A DNA stretch of 64,000 nt. Origin: an uncultured delta proteobacterium. Lineage in GTDB: Bacteria > Desulfobacterota > RBG-13-43-22. The notes under the pieces are model-generated. The model was not told where the DNA came from and made no database searches. It was given only the letters and a program-made list of their open reading frames with translations. Below are positions 45,909 through 56,371 of this stretch, in pieces; position 1 is the stretch's first letter, and each line of letters begins with the position of its first letter. Both the position numbers and the translations under genes were made by a program. The stretch is from assembly GCA_963743305.1 (NCBI GenBank), contig CAVUPH010000019.1:39478-103477 (forward strand). The letters run 5' to 3'.

Positions 45909-48900
45909 ACATCTCCGCCGGGTTTATCCGCCGGCCGGTCATGACCACCCTGGTGATGGCCGGCATCCTGATTTTCGGGATCTTGGGTTACCGCTCCCTG
46001 CCGGTCAGCGATTTGCCTAACGTGGATTTCCCGACCATCCTGGTATCGGCCGAATTGCCCGGGGCTTCTCCGGAGACCATGGCCTCGGCCGTGGCCACCC
46101 CCCTGGAAAAGGAATTTTCCACCATCGCCGGGCTGGATTCCATGAACTCCACCAGTGCCCTGGGGATTACCCAAATCACCCTCCAGTTCAACCTGGACCG
46201 GAGCATCGACGCCGCCGCCCAGGATATTCAATCGGCCATTTCCAAGGCCGCCCGGCTGCTGCCCCCCACTCTGCCCACCCCCCCGTCCTTTCGCAAGGTG
46301 AACCCGGCCGATCAACCGGTCCTTTACCTGGCCCTACAGTCGGACCTCCTGCCTCTGTCCGTGGTGGACGAATACGCCCAGACCACCATCGCCCAGCGGA
46401 TTTCCATGATCAGCGGGGTGGCCCAGGTGCTGGTCTACGGCTCCCAGAAATTCGCGGTCCGGGTGCAACTCAACCCGCAGGCCCTGGCCTCCCGGGGGAT
46501 CGGGATCGATGAGATCGCCGCCGCGGTGGACAAAGGCAACGTTAATCTGCCCACCGGTACCCTCTACGGTCGCCATCAGGCCTTCAACCTCCAGGCCAGC
46601 GGGCAGCTCATGAAGGCTGAAGATTACAAGTCATTGATCGTGGCTTATAAAGGCGGCGCCCCGATCCGGCTGCAAGATCTCGGTCGGGCCTTCTCCAGCG
46701 TCGAGAACGACAAAATTGCCAGTTGGTACAATAATAAACGGGCCATTGTTTTGGCCATCCAGCGGCAACCGGGGACCAATACCATTGAGGTAGTGGATTC
46801 CATCAAAAAGCTATTGCCGCAATTCCAGGCACAACTTCCGGCCTCCCTGGAATTCACGGTCCTGTATGACCGCTCCCAGTCCATCCGGGAATCGGTGAAC
46901 GATGTCAAAGTTACCTTGATCCTGACCATCTCCCTGGTGATCCTGGTCATCTTTCTGTTTCTGCGTAATTTTTCCGCCACCGTCATCCCCAGTCTGGCCT
47001 TGCCCATGTCCATTGTGGGCACTTTCGCCGCCATGCAGCTCCTGGGATTCAATCTGGATAATTTATCCCTCATGGCCCTGATCCTCTCGGTAGGTTTCGT
47101 GGTGGACGACGCCATCGTCATGCTGGAGAATATCGTCCGCCACCTGGAAAAAGGCGAGGCCCCCCTGGAGGCCGCTATGAACGGTTCCAGGGAAATCAGC
47201 TTTACCATCCTCTCCATGACCGTTTCCCTGGCGGCGGTTTTTATCCCGGTTTTGTTTATGGGGGGGATCCTGGGACGACTGCTTCACGAATTTGCCGTGG
47301 TCATTGCCGTGGCCATATTGATTTCCGGGTTTGTCTCCTTAAGCTTGACTCCCATGCTCTGCAGCCGCTTCCTGCGCCCGACGCGGGAGCAGGGCCATGG
47401 CCGACTCTATATGTTCATGGAGCGATTTTTCGACGGAATGCTGCGGGTCTACGACTGGAGCCTGAAAAAGGTTTTGATTTATCGCCGGACCACCATGGCC
47501 GTAACGGCCCTGACCCTGGTTGCCACGGTATACCTGTTTATCATCAGCCCCAAGGGGTTTATCCCCAGTGAAGACACCGGACAGATCTTCTGCATTACCG
47601 AAGCCGCCCAGGGGATCTCTTTTGAAAACATGGTCCGCCACCAGCAGGCCCTGGCCGCCATTGTCCAGAAAGACCCCAATGTGAGCAATTTCATGTCCTC
47701 GGTCGGTGCCGGGGGATCCAGTGTTTCCGGGAACGCCGGCCGAATGTTTATCCGGCTGAAGCCGAGGGGTGAACGGAAGCTGAGCGCCGATGAACTCATC
47801 CAATCGCTGCGGGTCAAACTGGCCACGGTGCCGGGCATCCGCATCTTTCTGCAGAATCCCCCCATGATTCGCATCGGCGGCCAGTTCACCAAGAGCCTCT
47901 ATCAGTTCACGCTGCAGAGCCCCAATACCAATGAACTCTATTATTACGCCCCCCTGTTGGAGGCTCGGCTGAAGACATTGCCGGACCTGCAGGATGTGAA
48001 TAGCGACCTGCAGAACCAGAATCCGGAGGTCGATATCGAAATCAACCGCGACAAGGCCACGGCGCTGGGGGTTACGGCCGAGCAAATTGAAAATGCCCTG
48101 TACACCGCTTATGGGTCCCGCCAGGTATCCACGATCTACACGGCCAACAATGCCTATAAAGTAATCATGGAAGTAGAACCCCGGTACCAGATGGATCCCG
48201 AGGTCCTGGCCATGCTGTATATCCACTCGGCGCAAGGCCCATTGGTCCCCCTGAAGGCGGTGGCCAACCTGACCGCCGGGGTCGGCCCGCTGTTGGTCAA
48301 TCACGCCGGACAACTTCCCTCCGTGACCATCTCCTTCAACCTCCGGCCGGGCGTAGCCCTGAGCGAGGCGGTAAAGCAGGTGGAAAAGATCTCCCGCAAC
48401 CTGCTGCCATCCACCATCAGCCCCAATTTCCAGGGAACGGCCCAGGCCTTTCAGGCCTCGCAGCAGGGTTTGCTGGTGCTGCTGATCCTGGCCATCGTGG
48501 TGATCTATATCATCCTGGGTATTCTATATGAAAGTTTCATCCATCCCCTGACGATCCTTTCCGGTCTCCCGTCAGCCGCTTTCGGCGCCCTCCTGACCCT
48601 GAGGTTCTTCGGGGTCGAATTAAGCATCTACGCCTTCGTGGGCATCATCATGCTGGTGGGCATCGTCAAAAAGAACGCCATCATGATGATCGACTTTGCC
48701 CTGGAGGCCCAGCGCCACGACGGAAAATCTTCCCTGGAAGCCATCTACCAAGGTTGCCTGGTCCGCTTCCGGCCCATCATGATGACCACCATGGCCGCCT
48801 TCATGGGCACCCTGCCCATCGCCCTGGGTCTCGGGGCCGGCGCCGAATCCCGCCGACCGTTGGGTCTGGCGGTGGTCGGCGGCCTGGTTTTTTCCCAGTT

Positions 48901-48994
48901 GCTCACCCTGTACATCACCCCGGTCTTTTTCACCTACATGGAAGCCTTTAAGAAGAAATTCGGCGGTTCTTCCCGGACCCAATCTAAGGATTAA
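45905..48994 (+). CDS. RND efflux permease (MdtB/C-like)
   Basis: FIRRPV, LPNVDFPTI, GFVVDDAIVMLEN, LYESFIHPLTILS, GIVKKNAIMMIDFA, RFRPIMMTT. Confidence 0.95.
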   Translation: MNISAGFIRRPVMTTLVMAGILIFGILGYRSLPVSDLPNVDFPTILVSAELPGASPETMASAVATPLEKEFSTIAGLDSMNSTSALGITQITLQFNLDRSIDAAAQDIQSAISKAARLLPPTLPTPPSFRKVNPADQPVLYLALQSDLLPLSVVDEYAQTTIAQRISMISGVAQVLVYGSQKFAVRVQLNPQALASRGIGIDEIAAAVDKGNVNLPTGTLYGRHQAFNLQASGQLMKAEDYKSLIVAYKGGAPIRLQDLGRAFSSVENDKIASWYNNKRAIVLAIQRQPGTNTIEVVDSIKKLLPQFQAQLPASLEFTVLYDRSQSIRESVNDVKVTLILTISLVILVIFLFLRNFSATVIPSLALPMSIVGTFAAMQLLGFNLDNLSLMALILSVGFVVDDAIVMLENIVRHLEKGEAPLEAAMNGSREISFTILSMTVSLAAVFIPVLFMGGILGRLLHEFAVVIAVAILISGFVSLSLTPMLCSRFLRPTREQGHGRLYMFMERFFDGMLRVYDWSLKKVLIYRRTTMAVTALTLVATVYLFIISPKGFIPSEDTGQIFCITEAAQGISFENMVRHQQALAAIVQKDPNVSNFMSSVGAGGSSVSGNAGRMFIRLKPRGERKLSADELIQSLRVKLATVPGIRIFLQNPPMIRIGGQFTKSLYQFTLQSPNTNELYYYAPLLEARLKTLPDLQDVNSDLQNQNPEVDIEINRDKATALGVTAEQIENALYTAYGSRQVSTIYTANNAYKVIMEVEPRYQMDPEVLAMLYIHSAQGPLVPLKAVANLTAGVGPLLVNHAGQLPSVTISFNLRPGVALSEAVKQVEKISRNLLPSTISPNFQGTAQAFQASQQGLLVLLILAIVVIYIILGILYESFIHPLTILSGLPSAAFGALLTLRFFGVELSIYAFVGIIMLVGIVKKNAIMMIDFALEAQRHDGKSSLEAIYQGCLVRFRPIMMTTMAAFMGTLPIALGLGAGAESRRPLGLAVVGGLVFSQLLTLYITPVFFTYMEAFKKKFGGSSRTQSKD

Positions 48995-49050
48995 AACGGG
49001 TCGATTTCTGGGGTCTACTTCAAAAACCTAAGTACTCCTTCCTTCACACC

Positions 49051-49066
49051 AGGCACAACTATTGCA
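49051..49066 (+). promoter_or_regulatory. Sigma-54 promoter upstream of comM
   Basis: AGGCACAACTATTGCA, near the TGGCAC-N5-TTGCA consensus. Confidence 0.6.
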
Positions 49067-49172
49067 AAAATGTTGGATGGTTGCAGGTCTTTCCTGGAAC
49101 GCTTTCGGAAAGGCAGGTATGGAGGGTGATAGCCGTAAATAAATAATAATTAATTATTATCTAAACTATCCC

Positions 49173-50702
49173 ATGATCTCCAAAATCTTTAGCAGCGCCA
49201 TTCTGGGCATCGATGCCTACATCGTCCAGGTGGAGGTGGATATCGCCCGGGGGTTGCCCTCCTTTTCCACGGTCGGTCTACCGGAAGGGGCGGTGCGGGA
49301 AAGCAAGGATCGGGTCAAATCGGCCATCAAAAATTCCGGGTTTGAGTTTCCCAGCCATCGGATCACCGTCAACCTGGCCCCGGCCGACATCAAAAAGGAA
49401 GGTTCGGCCTTTGACCTGCCGATCGCCGTGGGGATCCTGGCGGCCACGGAGCTGGTCCCCCCCGATCTGCTGGGTCAATTTCTTCTATTGGGGGAATTGT
49501 CCTTAAATGGTGAGGTCAAGCCCGTCCGGGGGGGGTTGCCCACGGCCCTGTCGTTGAAAAACAACGGCTATCGGGGCCTGCTGCTGCCCGAGGCCAATGC
49601 CTATGAGGCCGCGGTGGTGGAGGGCATTGATGTTGTCCCGGTGAAGACCCTGGGTGAAGTGGTGGAATTTCTAAATGGTGTCACTACACTTCCCACCTTT
49701 ACCATCGATCATGAGCACCTCTTTCCCAGCCGGCCGGTCTTCCCCTTGGACTTCAACGAGGTGAAGGGCCAGGAACAGGTCAAACGGGCACTGGAAATCG
49801 CCGCGGCCGGCGGCCACAATATCATCATGATCGGGCCTCCGGGCTCAGGCAAAACCATGCTGGCTCAACGGCTTCCGTCCATACTGCCCCAACTAACCTT
49901 TGAGGAGGCCCTGGAAACGTCCAAGGTATACAGCGTCATGGGTCTGATGCCCGGAGACCGGGCCTTGATTACCACCAGGCCCTTTCGGTCCCCCCACCAC
50001 ACGGTGTCCGACGCCGGACTGATCGGCGGCGGGCAAATCCCTCGGCCGGGCGAAGTCAGTCTGGCTCACAACGGCGTCCTTTTCCTGGATGAGCTGCCGG
50101 AATTCAAAAAAAATGTTCTGGAAGTGCTGCGTCAGCCGCTGGAGGACGGTCAGGTGACGATTTCCAGGGCCATCACCTCCCTGACCTATCCGGCCCGCTT
50201 CATGCTGGTGGCGGCCATGAATCCCTGCCCCTGCGGATTTCTTTCCGATCCTCAACGGGAATGCCAGTGTACTTATCCCCAAATCCAGCGCTACAAGTCC
50301 AAGATCTCCGGCCCCCTCCTGGACCGCATCGATCTCCATATCGAAGTGCCCGCCGTAAAATTCAAGGACCTGACCGAGCCGGCGGGAGGGGAATCTTCGG
50401 AAGTCGTCCGGACCAGGGTCCAAGCCGCCCGGGAGCGGCAAAAAGAACGCTTCCTGGCCAAAAATGTCTACTGCAACGCCCAGATGGGCCCGCGGTTGAT
50501 CAAAAAGTTCTGCTCCCTGGATGCGGAGGCCCACCGCTTATTGGAGCAGGCCATGGAATACCTGGGCTTCAGCGCCCGGGCCTACCACCGCATCCTCAAG
50601 ATCTCCCGGACCATCGCTGATTTGGAAGCCTGTTCGGCCATCCAATCGCGCCACGTTTCCGAGGCCATTCAGTACCGCAGTTTGGACCGGAGAGTCCTGT
50701 AG
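49173..50702 (+). CDS. comM: YifB/ComM Mg-chelatase-like AAA+ ATPase
   Basis: [71 protein letters not shown]. Confidence 0.95.
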   Translation: MISKIFSSAILGIDAYIVQVEVDIARGLPSFSTVGLPEGAVRESKDRVKSAIKNSGFEFPSHRITVNLAPADIKKEGSAFDLPIAVGILAATELVPPDLLGQFLLLGELSLNGEVKPVRGGLPTALSLKNNGYRGLLLPEANAYEAAVVEGIDVVPVKTLGEVVEFLNGVTTLPTFTIDHEHLFPSRPVFPLDFNEVKGQEQVKRALEIAAAGGHNIIMIGPPGSGKTMLAQRLPSILPQLTFEEALETSKVYSVMGLMPGDRALITTRPFRSPHHTVSDAGLIGGGQIPRPGEVSLAHNGVLFLDELPEFKKNVLEVLRQPLEDGQVTISRAITSLTYPARFMLVAAMNPCPCGFLSDPQRECQCTYPQIQRYKSKISGPLLDRIDLHIEVPAVKFKDLTEPAGGESSEVVRTRVQAARERQKERFLAKNVYCNAQMGPRLIKKFCSLDAEAHRLLEQAMEYLGFSARAYHRILKISRTIADLEACSAIQSRHVSEAIQYRSLDRRVL

Positions 50703-50847
50703 AAACAGTTTGGCATAGATTAATAACGGAGATTATGCTGACACTGTCGACATAAATTACCGGGAAATGGTTGAAACACTGTAACGACATTTACATCAGG
50801 AAATCTATTTGGTAGGATTGTACTACAACGGTCTTAGGAGGTTAAAA

Positions 50848-50952
50848 ATGAATACGGCAGTTTCTATTCGGCTTCCCGATGGCCTTTTAAAGGAATTGGA
50901 CCAGATCGCCCAGGAGACGGAAAGGCCTCGGTCTTTTATTGAAAACAAATAA
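50848..50952 (+). pseudogene. Truncated ribbon-helix-helix (CopG/RelB-like) antitoxin, 34 aa
   Basis: MNTAVSIRLPDGLLKELDQIAQETERPRSFI then premature end; AGGAGG RBS; TTGTA-C-TACAA palindrome at 50818-50828. Confidence 0.7.
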
Positions 50953-50987
50953 TTCAGATTTCCGGATAAGTGTTTGACCGCTATTCC

Positions 50988-51437
50988 ATGCCTGAATTGA
51001 ATCCCGACGAAATCATCCCGGCCGATAAAGGGCTCCGTAAAAAGACGATCATTCTGGTCATCGGGGTCGTTCTGGCCGCCATGATTTTGGGGCCCTATCT
51101 AAACGGCTACCTGGCCGATCTGAGGCAGGAAGGGCAGCTCAGGCCGGAGTCGGCGTACCCCAAATTGATCACCCTGATGAAATGGGTTTTGGGGTCGGCG
51201 GCTCTCGGGATCACTCTGACGGGAGTTTACCTTTCTTTAATCGCCTCCCGGGCACTGAAGGCCGGCCGCTACCCGCCGCCGGGCATGAAGGTGATTAAGG
51301 ATACCCGGGTCAAAACCGGACGGCAGGCCAAAATAATGGCCTACCTGTTGATTTTTAATTCCGGGGCCCTCATCTTGTTGATCGGCCTGATTCTTTTTCT
51401 TTTTATGACGATGGCGGAGAAATTGAAAATACCATGA
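50988..51437 (+). CDS. Hypothetical 3-TM membrane protein
   Basis: Hydrophobic helices, GRYPPPG.KVIKDT motif, ATGA coupling to the next gene. Confidence 0.7.
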   Translation: MPELNPDEIIPADKGLRKKTIILVIGVVLAAMILGPYLNGYLADLRQEGQLRPESAYPKLITLMKWVLGSAALGITLTGVYLSLIASRALKAGRYPPPGMKVIKDTRVKTGRQAKIMAYLLIFNSGALILLIGLILFLFMTMAEKLKIP

Positions 51438-52051
51438 GGTGTTCCCTGTCTGAAAAAAACCGGCCGCGCCGGGTGGCCATCCTTATTTTTGACGAAGTGG
51501 AGGTGCTCGACTTTTGCGGTCCCTTCGAGGTTTTTTCGGTCACCAGGGTGATGGAACCGCCCCAGCCCTTCCAGGTTTACACCGTGGCCGAAATCCTCAA
51601 ACCGGTCACCGCCCGGAATGGCTTGAGCGTCAACCCCCGGTATTCACTTTCCGACTGCCCCGCTCCGGACATCCTGCTGATCCCCGGGGGCCTGGGGACC
51701 CGCCGGGAGATGCACAACGCGGGCTTGCTGGACTGGATTCGAGATCAGGCCGTGAACGCGGAATTGATCCTGTCGGTCTGCACGGGGGCGCTGCTGCTGG
51801 CCAAAGCCGGCCTGCTGGACGGGCTGGAGGCCACCACTCACCACGGGGCGGTCGACCTGCTCCGTGAAGTGGCGCCCCGGACCCGGATTAGCCCGGAAAA
51901 ACGGTTTATCGACAACGGGAAGGTAATCGTCGCCGCCGGTATCTCGGCCGGAATCGATATGTCCCTTTCCGTGGTTGCCAGGCTTCTGGGGGAAGCCGAA
52001 GCCCTGAAGACCGCCCGGTACATGGAATATGATTGGAAGAGAAATATTTAG
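51434..52051 (+). CDS. DJ-1/PfpI family protein
   Basis: EVLDF.GP.EVF, IPGG.G, SVCTGA, ATTH, AGISAGID. Confidence 0.92.
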   Translation: MRCSLSEKNRPRRVAILIFDEVEVLDFCGPFEVFSVTRVMEPPQPFQVYTVAEILKPVTARNGLSVNPRYSLSDCPAPDILLIPGGLGTRREMHNAGLLDWIRDQAVNAELILSVCTGALLLAKAGLLDGLEATTHHGAVDLLREVAPRTRISPEKRFIDNGKVIVAAGISAGIDMSLSVVARLLGEAEALKTARYMEYDWKRNI

Positions 52052-52075
52052 GAGGGTAAAAAAGGGAGAGTTACC

Positions 52076-53524
52076 ATGGCCAACTATGATTTTGATATGG
52101 GGGTAATCGGAGGAGGGGCGGCGGGTCTGACCGTAGCCTCGGGAGCCGCCCAGTTAGGGGCCAAAACGCTGCTGGTGGAGAAGGAAAAGCATCTGGGCGG
52201 AGATTGCCTGTACTTTGGCTGCGTGCCCAGTAAGACCTTGATCCGCAGCGCCCAAGTCTATCATTTCATGAAAAATGCGCAAGCCTACGGACTTCCTCCG
52301 GTGGAGGCGCCGACCGTGGATTACGGCGAGATCAGGAAAAGGATCCAGTCGGTGATCGGCACCATCCAGAAACACGATTCGGAGGAGCGCTTCTGCGGTC
52401 TCGGCGCCCAGGTGAAATTTGGCAATCCCTCTTTTATAGATGAACATTCCATCCGCTTGAACGGTATTTCCTATTCAGCCAAAAATTGGGTCATTGCCAG
52501 CGGCTCTTCGCCGGGGATCCCCCGCCTGGAGGGCCTGGACCAAACTCCCCACATCACCAATAAGGAGATTTTTTCTTTGGATCGTCTCCCGAAGTCCATG
52601 ATCATTTTAGGCGCCGGCCCCATCGCGATCGAAATGGCCCAGGCCTTCTGCCGCCTGGGGACCAAGGTTTCCGTGATCCAGCGGAGCGGACAGATCCTCA
52701 CCAAAGAGGATAAAAATATGGCGGATGAGGTGATGCAGGTCCTGGGTTCCGAAGGAGTCACTTTCTATCTGAACACCTCGGTAGTCTCCACCAGGGACCT
52801 CGGAAATGAACGGGAAGTGGTCATCAAGGATGGAAACAAGCGGGAAATTCGACTGACCTCGGAGCAGATCCTGGTGGCCATGGGAAGGGACCCCAACCTC
52901 CAAGGGCTCGGTCTGGATCAAATCGGAGTGGTCTTTGATCGTAAAGGATTGCAGGTGGACGAGCGGTTACGAACCACCCAGAAACACATTTATGGGGCCG
53001 GCGATGTGACCGGGGCCTTTCAATTCACCCATGCGGCGGGCTATGAGGGCGGGATCGTTATCAGCAACGCTATTTTCCATCTGCCCCGAAAGGCCGATTA
53101 CACCTTCATGCCCTGGTGCACCTTCACCGATCCGGAACTGGCCAGCATCGGAATGAACGAGAAGAGCGCCAAAGAAGCCGGCCTGGAATTCAGCGTCTGG
53201 ACCGAAGACTTCCTGGGCAATGATCGCAGCCTGGCGGAAGGGGAGCAGGTGGGCCGGATCAAGATGATCCTGGATAAACACGAGAAACCCTTGGGCGTTC
53301 AGATTCTCGGCCCCCAGGCCGGGGAGTTGCTGAGCGAATGGGTGGCCGTTTTAAACGGCAAAGTCAAGCTTTCCACTCTGGCCTCGGCGGTGCACCCTTA
53401 CCCCACCCTGGGCGAGATCAACAAGCGGGTGGCCGGCACCTTTTTTTCGCCGAAGATATTCTCGGACCGGATAAGGAAAGGACTCAAGTTTTTCTTCCAT
53501 TTGAAAGGGAGGGCCTGCGGATAA
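52076..53524 (+). CDS. Pyridine nucleotide-disulfide oxidoreductase (MerA/Lpd-like)
   Basis: IGGGAAG, GGDCLYFGCVPSK, GAGPIAIE, GAGDVTG..FTH, HPYPT. Confidence 0.9.
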   Translation: MANYDFDMGVIGGGAAGLTVASGAAQLGAKTLLVEKEKHLGGDCLYFGCVPSKTLIRSAQVYHFMKNAQAYGLPPVEAPTVDYGEIRKRIQSVIGTIQKHDSEERFCGLGAQVKFGNPSFIDEHSIRLNGISYSAKNWVIASGSSPGIPRLEGLDQTPHITNKEIFSLDRLPKSMIILGAGPIAIEMAQAFCRLGTKVSVIQRSGQILTKEDKNMADEVMQVLGSEGVTFYLNTSVVSTRDLGNEREVVIKDGNKREIRLTSEQILVAMGRDPNLQGLGLDQIGVVFDRKGLQVDERLRTTQKHIYGAGDVTGAFQFTHAAGYEGGIVISNAIFHLPRKADYTFMPWCTFTDPELASIGMNEKSAKEAGLEFSVWTEDFLGNDRSLAEGEQVGRIKMILDKHEKPLGVQILGPQAGELLSEWVAVLNGKVKLSTLASAVHPYPTLGEINKRVAGTFFSPKIFSDRIRKGLKFFFHLKGRACG

Positions 53525-53727
53525 TGGAAAACCGGGAAGCGAAGGGAACCGGCGTCGGCCAATAAAATTTGAAATCCAATTTAGTCCAATTATTTTCAAA
53601 TTTTCATACCCCAGTTCATCAAGAAACTGCGGCAAGAACCTTGATCCACAAGTCCTTCTTAAAAGCCATCAAGCGTTTTTAATCCCCTACGAACGATGTT
53701 TTCTGTTGCCAGGCTGCCGGGGTACCC

Positions 53728-54417
53728 ATGTTTTTCCGAAGACCGTTTAAGATTACGCTGTCCGCTGGAATCATAGCCGCCGTCCTAGCCGGTCTATTTC
53801 TGCTGAGCGCCGTTTTATTCTGCGGCCTGATCCAGGGGCTCTCCTGGTGCCGATGGTGGCCCCATTTTTCGATCAACGAACTCATTGCGCTGATTAAATC
53901 CTCTGGGTTTTGGGGAGTGGGCGCCGCTATCGGTCTCATGGTGATTCATTCTTTTGTGCCCTTTCCGGCTGAATTCGTGGCCATAGCCAATGGGATGGTC
54001 TACGGGCCCCTGTGGGGAACGGTGGTTACCTGGGTCGGGGCCATGACCGGCGCATTTTCAGCTTTCGGACTGGTGCGATTATTGGGGCGCCCATTTGTCG
54101 CCCGGATGCTGACGAAAAAGAAGATTCAGAAAGTAGACGAATGGACAGCTCGATACGGGGGAGGGATGATTCTAGTCAGCCGGTTCATCCCGGTCATCTC
54201 CTTTAACCTGATCAACTACGTGGCGGGTCTTACCCGAATTTCCTGGTGGACTTTCGCCTGGACAACCGGCCTGGGAATTCTGCCCATGACTTTGCTGATG
54301 GTGGTTATGGGGGAGCAGATAAAAAATTTGCCCTGGTGGGTCTGGCTGCTTCTACTGGCTGCCGGATTGGGAATATTGTTGCTGGTGCAACGAAGGTTCC
54401 ATTCCACCGGTACTTGA
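53728..54417 (+). CDS. TVP38/TMEM64 (DedA/VTT) membrane protein
   Basis: PFPAE..ANG.VYG, RFIPVISFNLINY.AG, GILP. Confidence 0.9.
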   Translation: MFFRRPFKITLSAGIIAAVLAGLFLLSAVLFCGLIQGLSWCRWWPHFSINELIALIKSSGFWGVGAAIGLMVIHSFVPFPAEFVAIANGMVYGPLWGTVVTWVGAMTGAFSAFGLVRLLGRPFVARMLTKKKIQKVDEWTARYGGGMILVSRFIPVISFNLINYVAGLTRISWWTFAWTTGLGILPMTLLMVVMGEQIKNLPWWVWLLLLAAGLGILLLVQRRFHSTGT

Positions 54418-54520
54418 GGTATAGTGAGAATGTCCCGGGGAAGATAGGCCGACGTCTTCTCTATTCTTTTTGGTTTCAAGTTCAAACGGAGCTTTCCGCC
54501 ACCGTTTCAGGATAACCGCT

Positions 54521-55738
54521 ATGGCTCAAATGCGACAATGGCTTTCGCTTCTTTTGGAGATCGGTCTCTCGGGGCTTTTGGATATCCTCATCGTGACCTT
54601 AGTGATCTACACCTTCCTGGTAGTCCTCAAGCGAACTCGTCGTTCCGGTTTGATTTTTACCGGGATCGTTATCGTGGGGGCCATATACCTGCTGGCCCGG
54701 AGACTCAATCTCTTGCTGACGGTGGCCTTGTTGCAGGGCTTTTTTGCCGTAATTCTGGTGGCCTTGATCGTCATTTTTCAGGAAGATCTGCGCTTTTTTT
54801 TCGAACGGATGGCGGCCGTATGGCTGCAACGGGGCATGCCCGGTTTTAAACGGCGCCGGACCCGTCTCCCTCGCCGGGAAGTGGAAATATTGGCCCGGAC
54901 GCTGGGAGATCTGGCCCGGGGGAATATCGGCGCGCTAATCGTCATTCGGGGAAAGGACTCGATCGCCCGGCACCTGGAAGGAGGGGAGGACGTCGACGGG
55001 CTGATCAGCGAATCCCTGTTGAAAAGTATTTTCGACCCCCACTCACTCGGGCACGACGGCGCCGTCGTCATCGGCAGCGGCCGAATCGAAAAATTGGGTT
55101 GTCACCTGCCCCTGTCCAACAATTTCGACCGATTGCCCCGTAGCGGAACTCGTCACGCGGCCGCCCTGGGAATATCGGAACGAAGCGACGCCTTATGTAT
55201 CGTTGTTTCCGAGGAACAGGGGACCATCTCCATTGCCAGACAGGGTGAACTTAAATCTGTTTCCACGGCCTCGGAACTGGCAGCCACTCTCGATGCTTTT
55301 TACGAAGAAATTGATCCTTCCCCAAAAACCAGGTCCTGGACGGAAACACTTCGAAAAAATCATCGGGAGAAAGCCCTGTCTTTTGGTTTGGCGGCGGTCC
55401 TCTGGATTGTCGTGGGGTATGGATCCCAAACGGTCCAACGGACTTTTGAAGTCCCGGTCCATTATGGGGCCCTCCCCGGGAACCTGCTGGTGGCCGATAT
55501 CGCTCCCGGCAAGGTCGAAGTCACCTTTTCCGGACATCGCCGGGCCTTCGCCTTTATCCGTCCCGAAGACCTTAAACTCGAACTGAACCTCTGGGATTTA
55601 GCCAAAGGGGAACACTATATTTCCGTCAGCGCCCACGCCCTGTCTTTTCCACCGGGGATGGAGGTGGAGGATATTGAACCGCGCCGGGTGCGGCTGCTGA
55701 TTGAGAGCAAGCCCCCGAAAAAATCGACCGAAAAATAA
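54521..55738 (+). CDS. Diadenylate cyclase (CdaA/DisA_N) fused to a YbbR (CdaR-like) domain
   Basis: Three TM helices, IFQEDLR, HDGAV, GTRHAAALG, VVSEE.G.IS; extra TM then a YbbR-like beta domain. Confidence 0.85.
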   Translation: MAQMRQWLSLLLEIGLSGLLDILIVTLVIYTFLVVLKRTRRSGLIFTGIVIVGAIYLLARRLNLLLTVALLQGFFAVILVALIVIFQEDLRFFFERMAAVWLQRGMPGFKRRRTRLPRREVEILARTLGDLARGNIGALIVIRGKDSIARHLEGGEDVDGLISESLLKSIFDPHSLGHDGAVVIGSGRIEKLGCHLPLSNNFDRLPRSGTRHAAALGISERSDALCIVVSEEQGTISIARQGELKSVSTASELAATLDAFYEEIDPSPKTRSWTETLRKNHREKALSFGLAAVLWIVVGYGSQTVQRTFEVPVHYGALPGNLLVADIAPGKVEVTFSGHRRAFAFIRPEDLKLELNLWDLAKGEHYISVSAHALSFPPGMEVEDIEPRRVRLLIESKPPKKSTEK

Positions 55739-55881
55739 ACGAAGCGTAAAACGGCCTGGACACGGTCCCCGTTCAGGTCCGGGTAACCACCGTCGAGACG
55801 ACGGACACGGCCCCCTATAACGGCGCCATCGAAAAGTTCCATTTTTCCTCGGTCTTGATGCCTCCCCACGAACCAATCCCG

Positions 55882-55917
55882 GCGGAAACCCGGGCAGTTC
55901 CCGGCCCGGGTTTCCGC
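55882..55917. terminator. Hairpin between convergent genes
   Basis: Perfect 14-bp stem GCGGAAACCCGGGC/GCCCGGGTTTCCGC. Confidence 0.65.
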
Positions 55918-55932
55918 TTCATGGCTATCCGA

Positions 55933-56223
55933 TTAATCAAATAGTTCTTCAAAAAAAGATTTTTTGCGGTGTTTTTTATAGCCGTGGCCCTGGTGATGGT
56001 GCTCTTCCTGCCGGTAGGGTTGAGGAGCCGGCGGATAAAGAGTCGTGGGCTGGGGACCCGGCGGCGATGGGGTTAGGGCTGAAGGCGCACCAGCGGATCG
56101 CTCGATGATCTTATCGAGCTCTCCCCGGTCCAGCCAGACCCCGCGGCATTGCGGGCAGTAGTCAATCTCGATCCCCTGCCGTTCCGACATAACCAAATCA
56201 ACATTGCAAGTAGGACATTTCAT
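55933..56223 (-). CDS. zf-TFIIB zinc-ribbon protein
   Basis: MKCPTC..EIDYCPQCRGVWLDRGELDKII..KKSFFEELFD. Confidence 0.92.
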   Translation of the reverse strand: MKCPTCNVDLVMSERQGIEIDYCPQCRGVWLDRGELDKIIERSAGAPSALTPSPPGPQPTTLYPPAPQPYRQEEHHHQGHGYKKHRKKSFFEELFD

Positions 56224-56371
56224 TTACTATTCCTCCGATTAAAGGTTGAATTAACATCCATTCGGCATCATGGACCCGATCGGGCTTATGGCCTGACCGG
56301 AAAATCCTGGCTACCGTTCGTTTTAAACAGGCCTGCTCCTTCCTCCCTTCCCGTAGTCATTAACCGGACCG

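Noticed and set aside
44817-48313. Long antisense ORFs (321 and 324 aa) opposite the RND genes, and similar shadows elsewhere (e.g. 59939-60877, 63054-63845)
   Set aside because: Typical stop-poor antisense frames of GC-rich genes, with no domain motifs
52076-53524. Mercuric reductase merA
   Set aside because: No C-terminal Cys-Cys pair, no NmerA domain and no mer operon context
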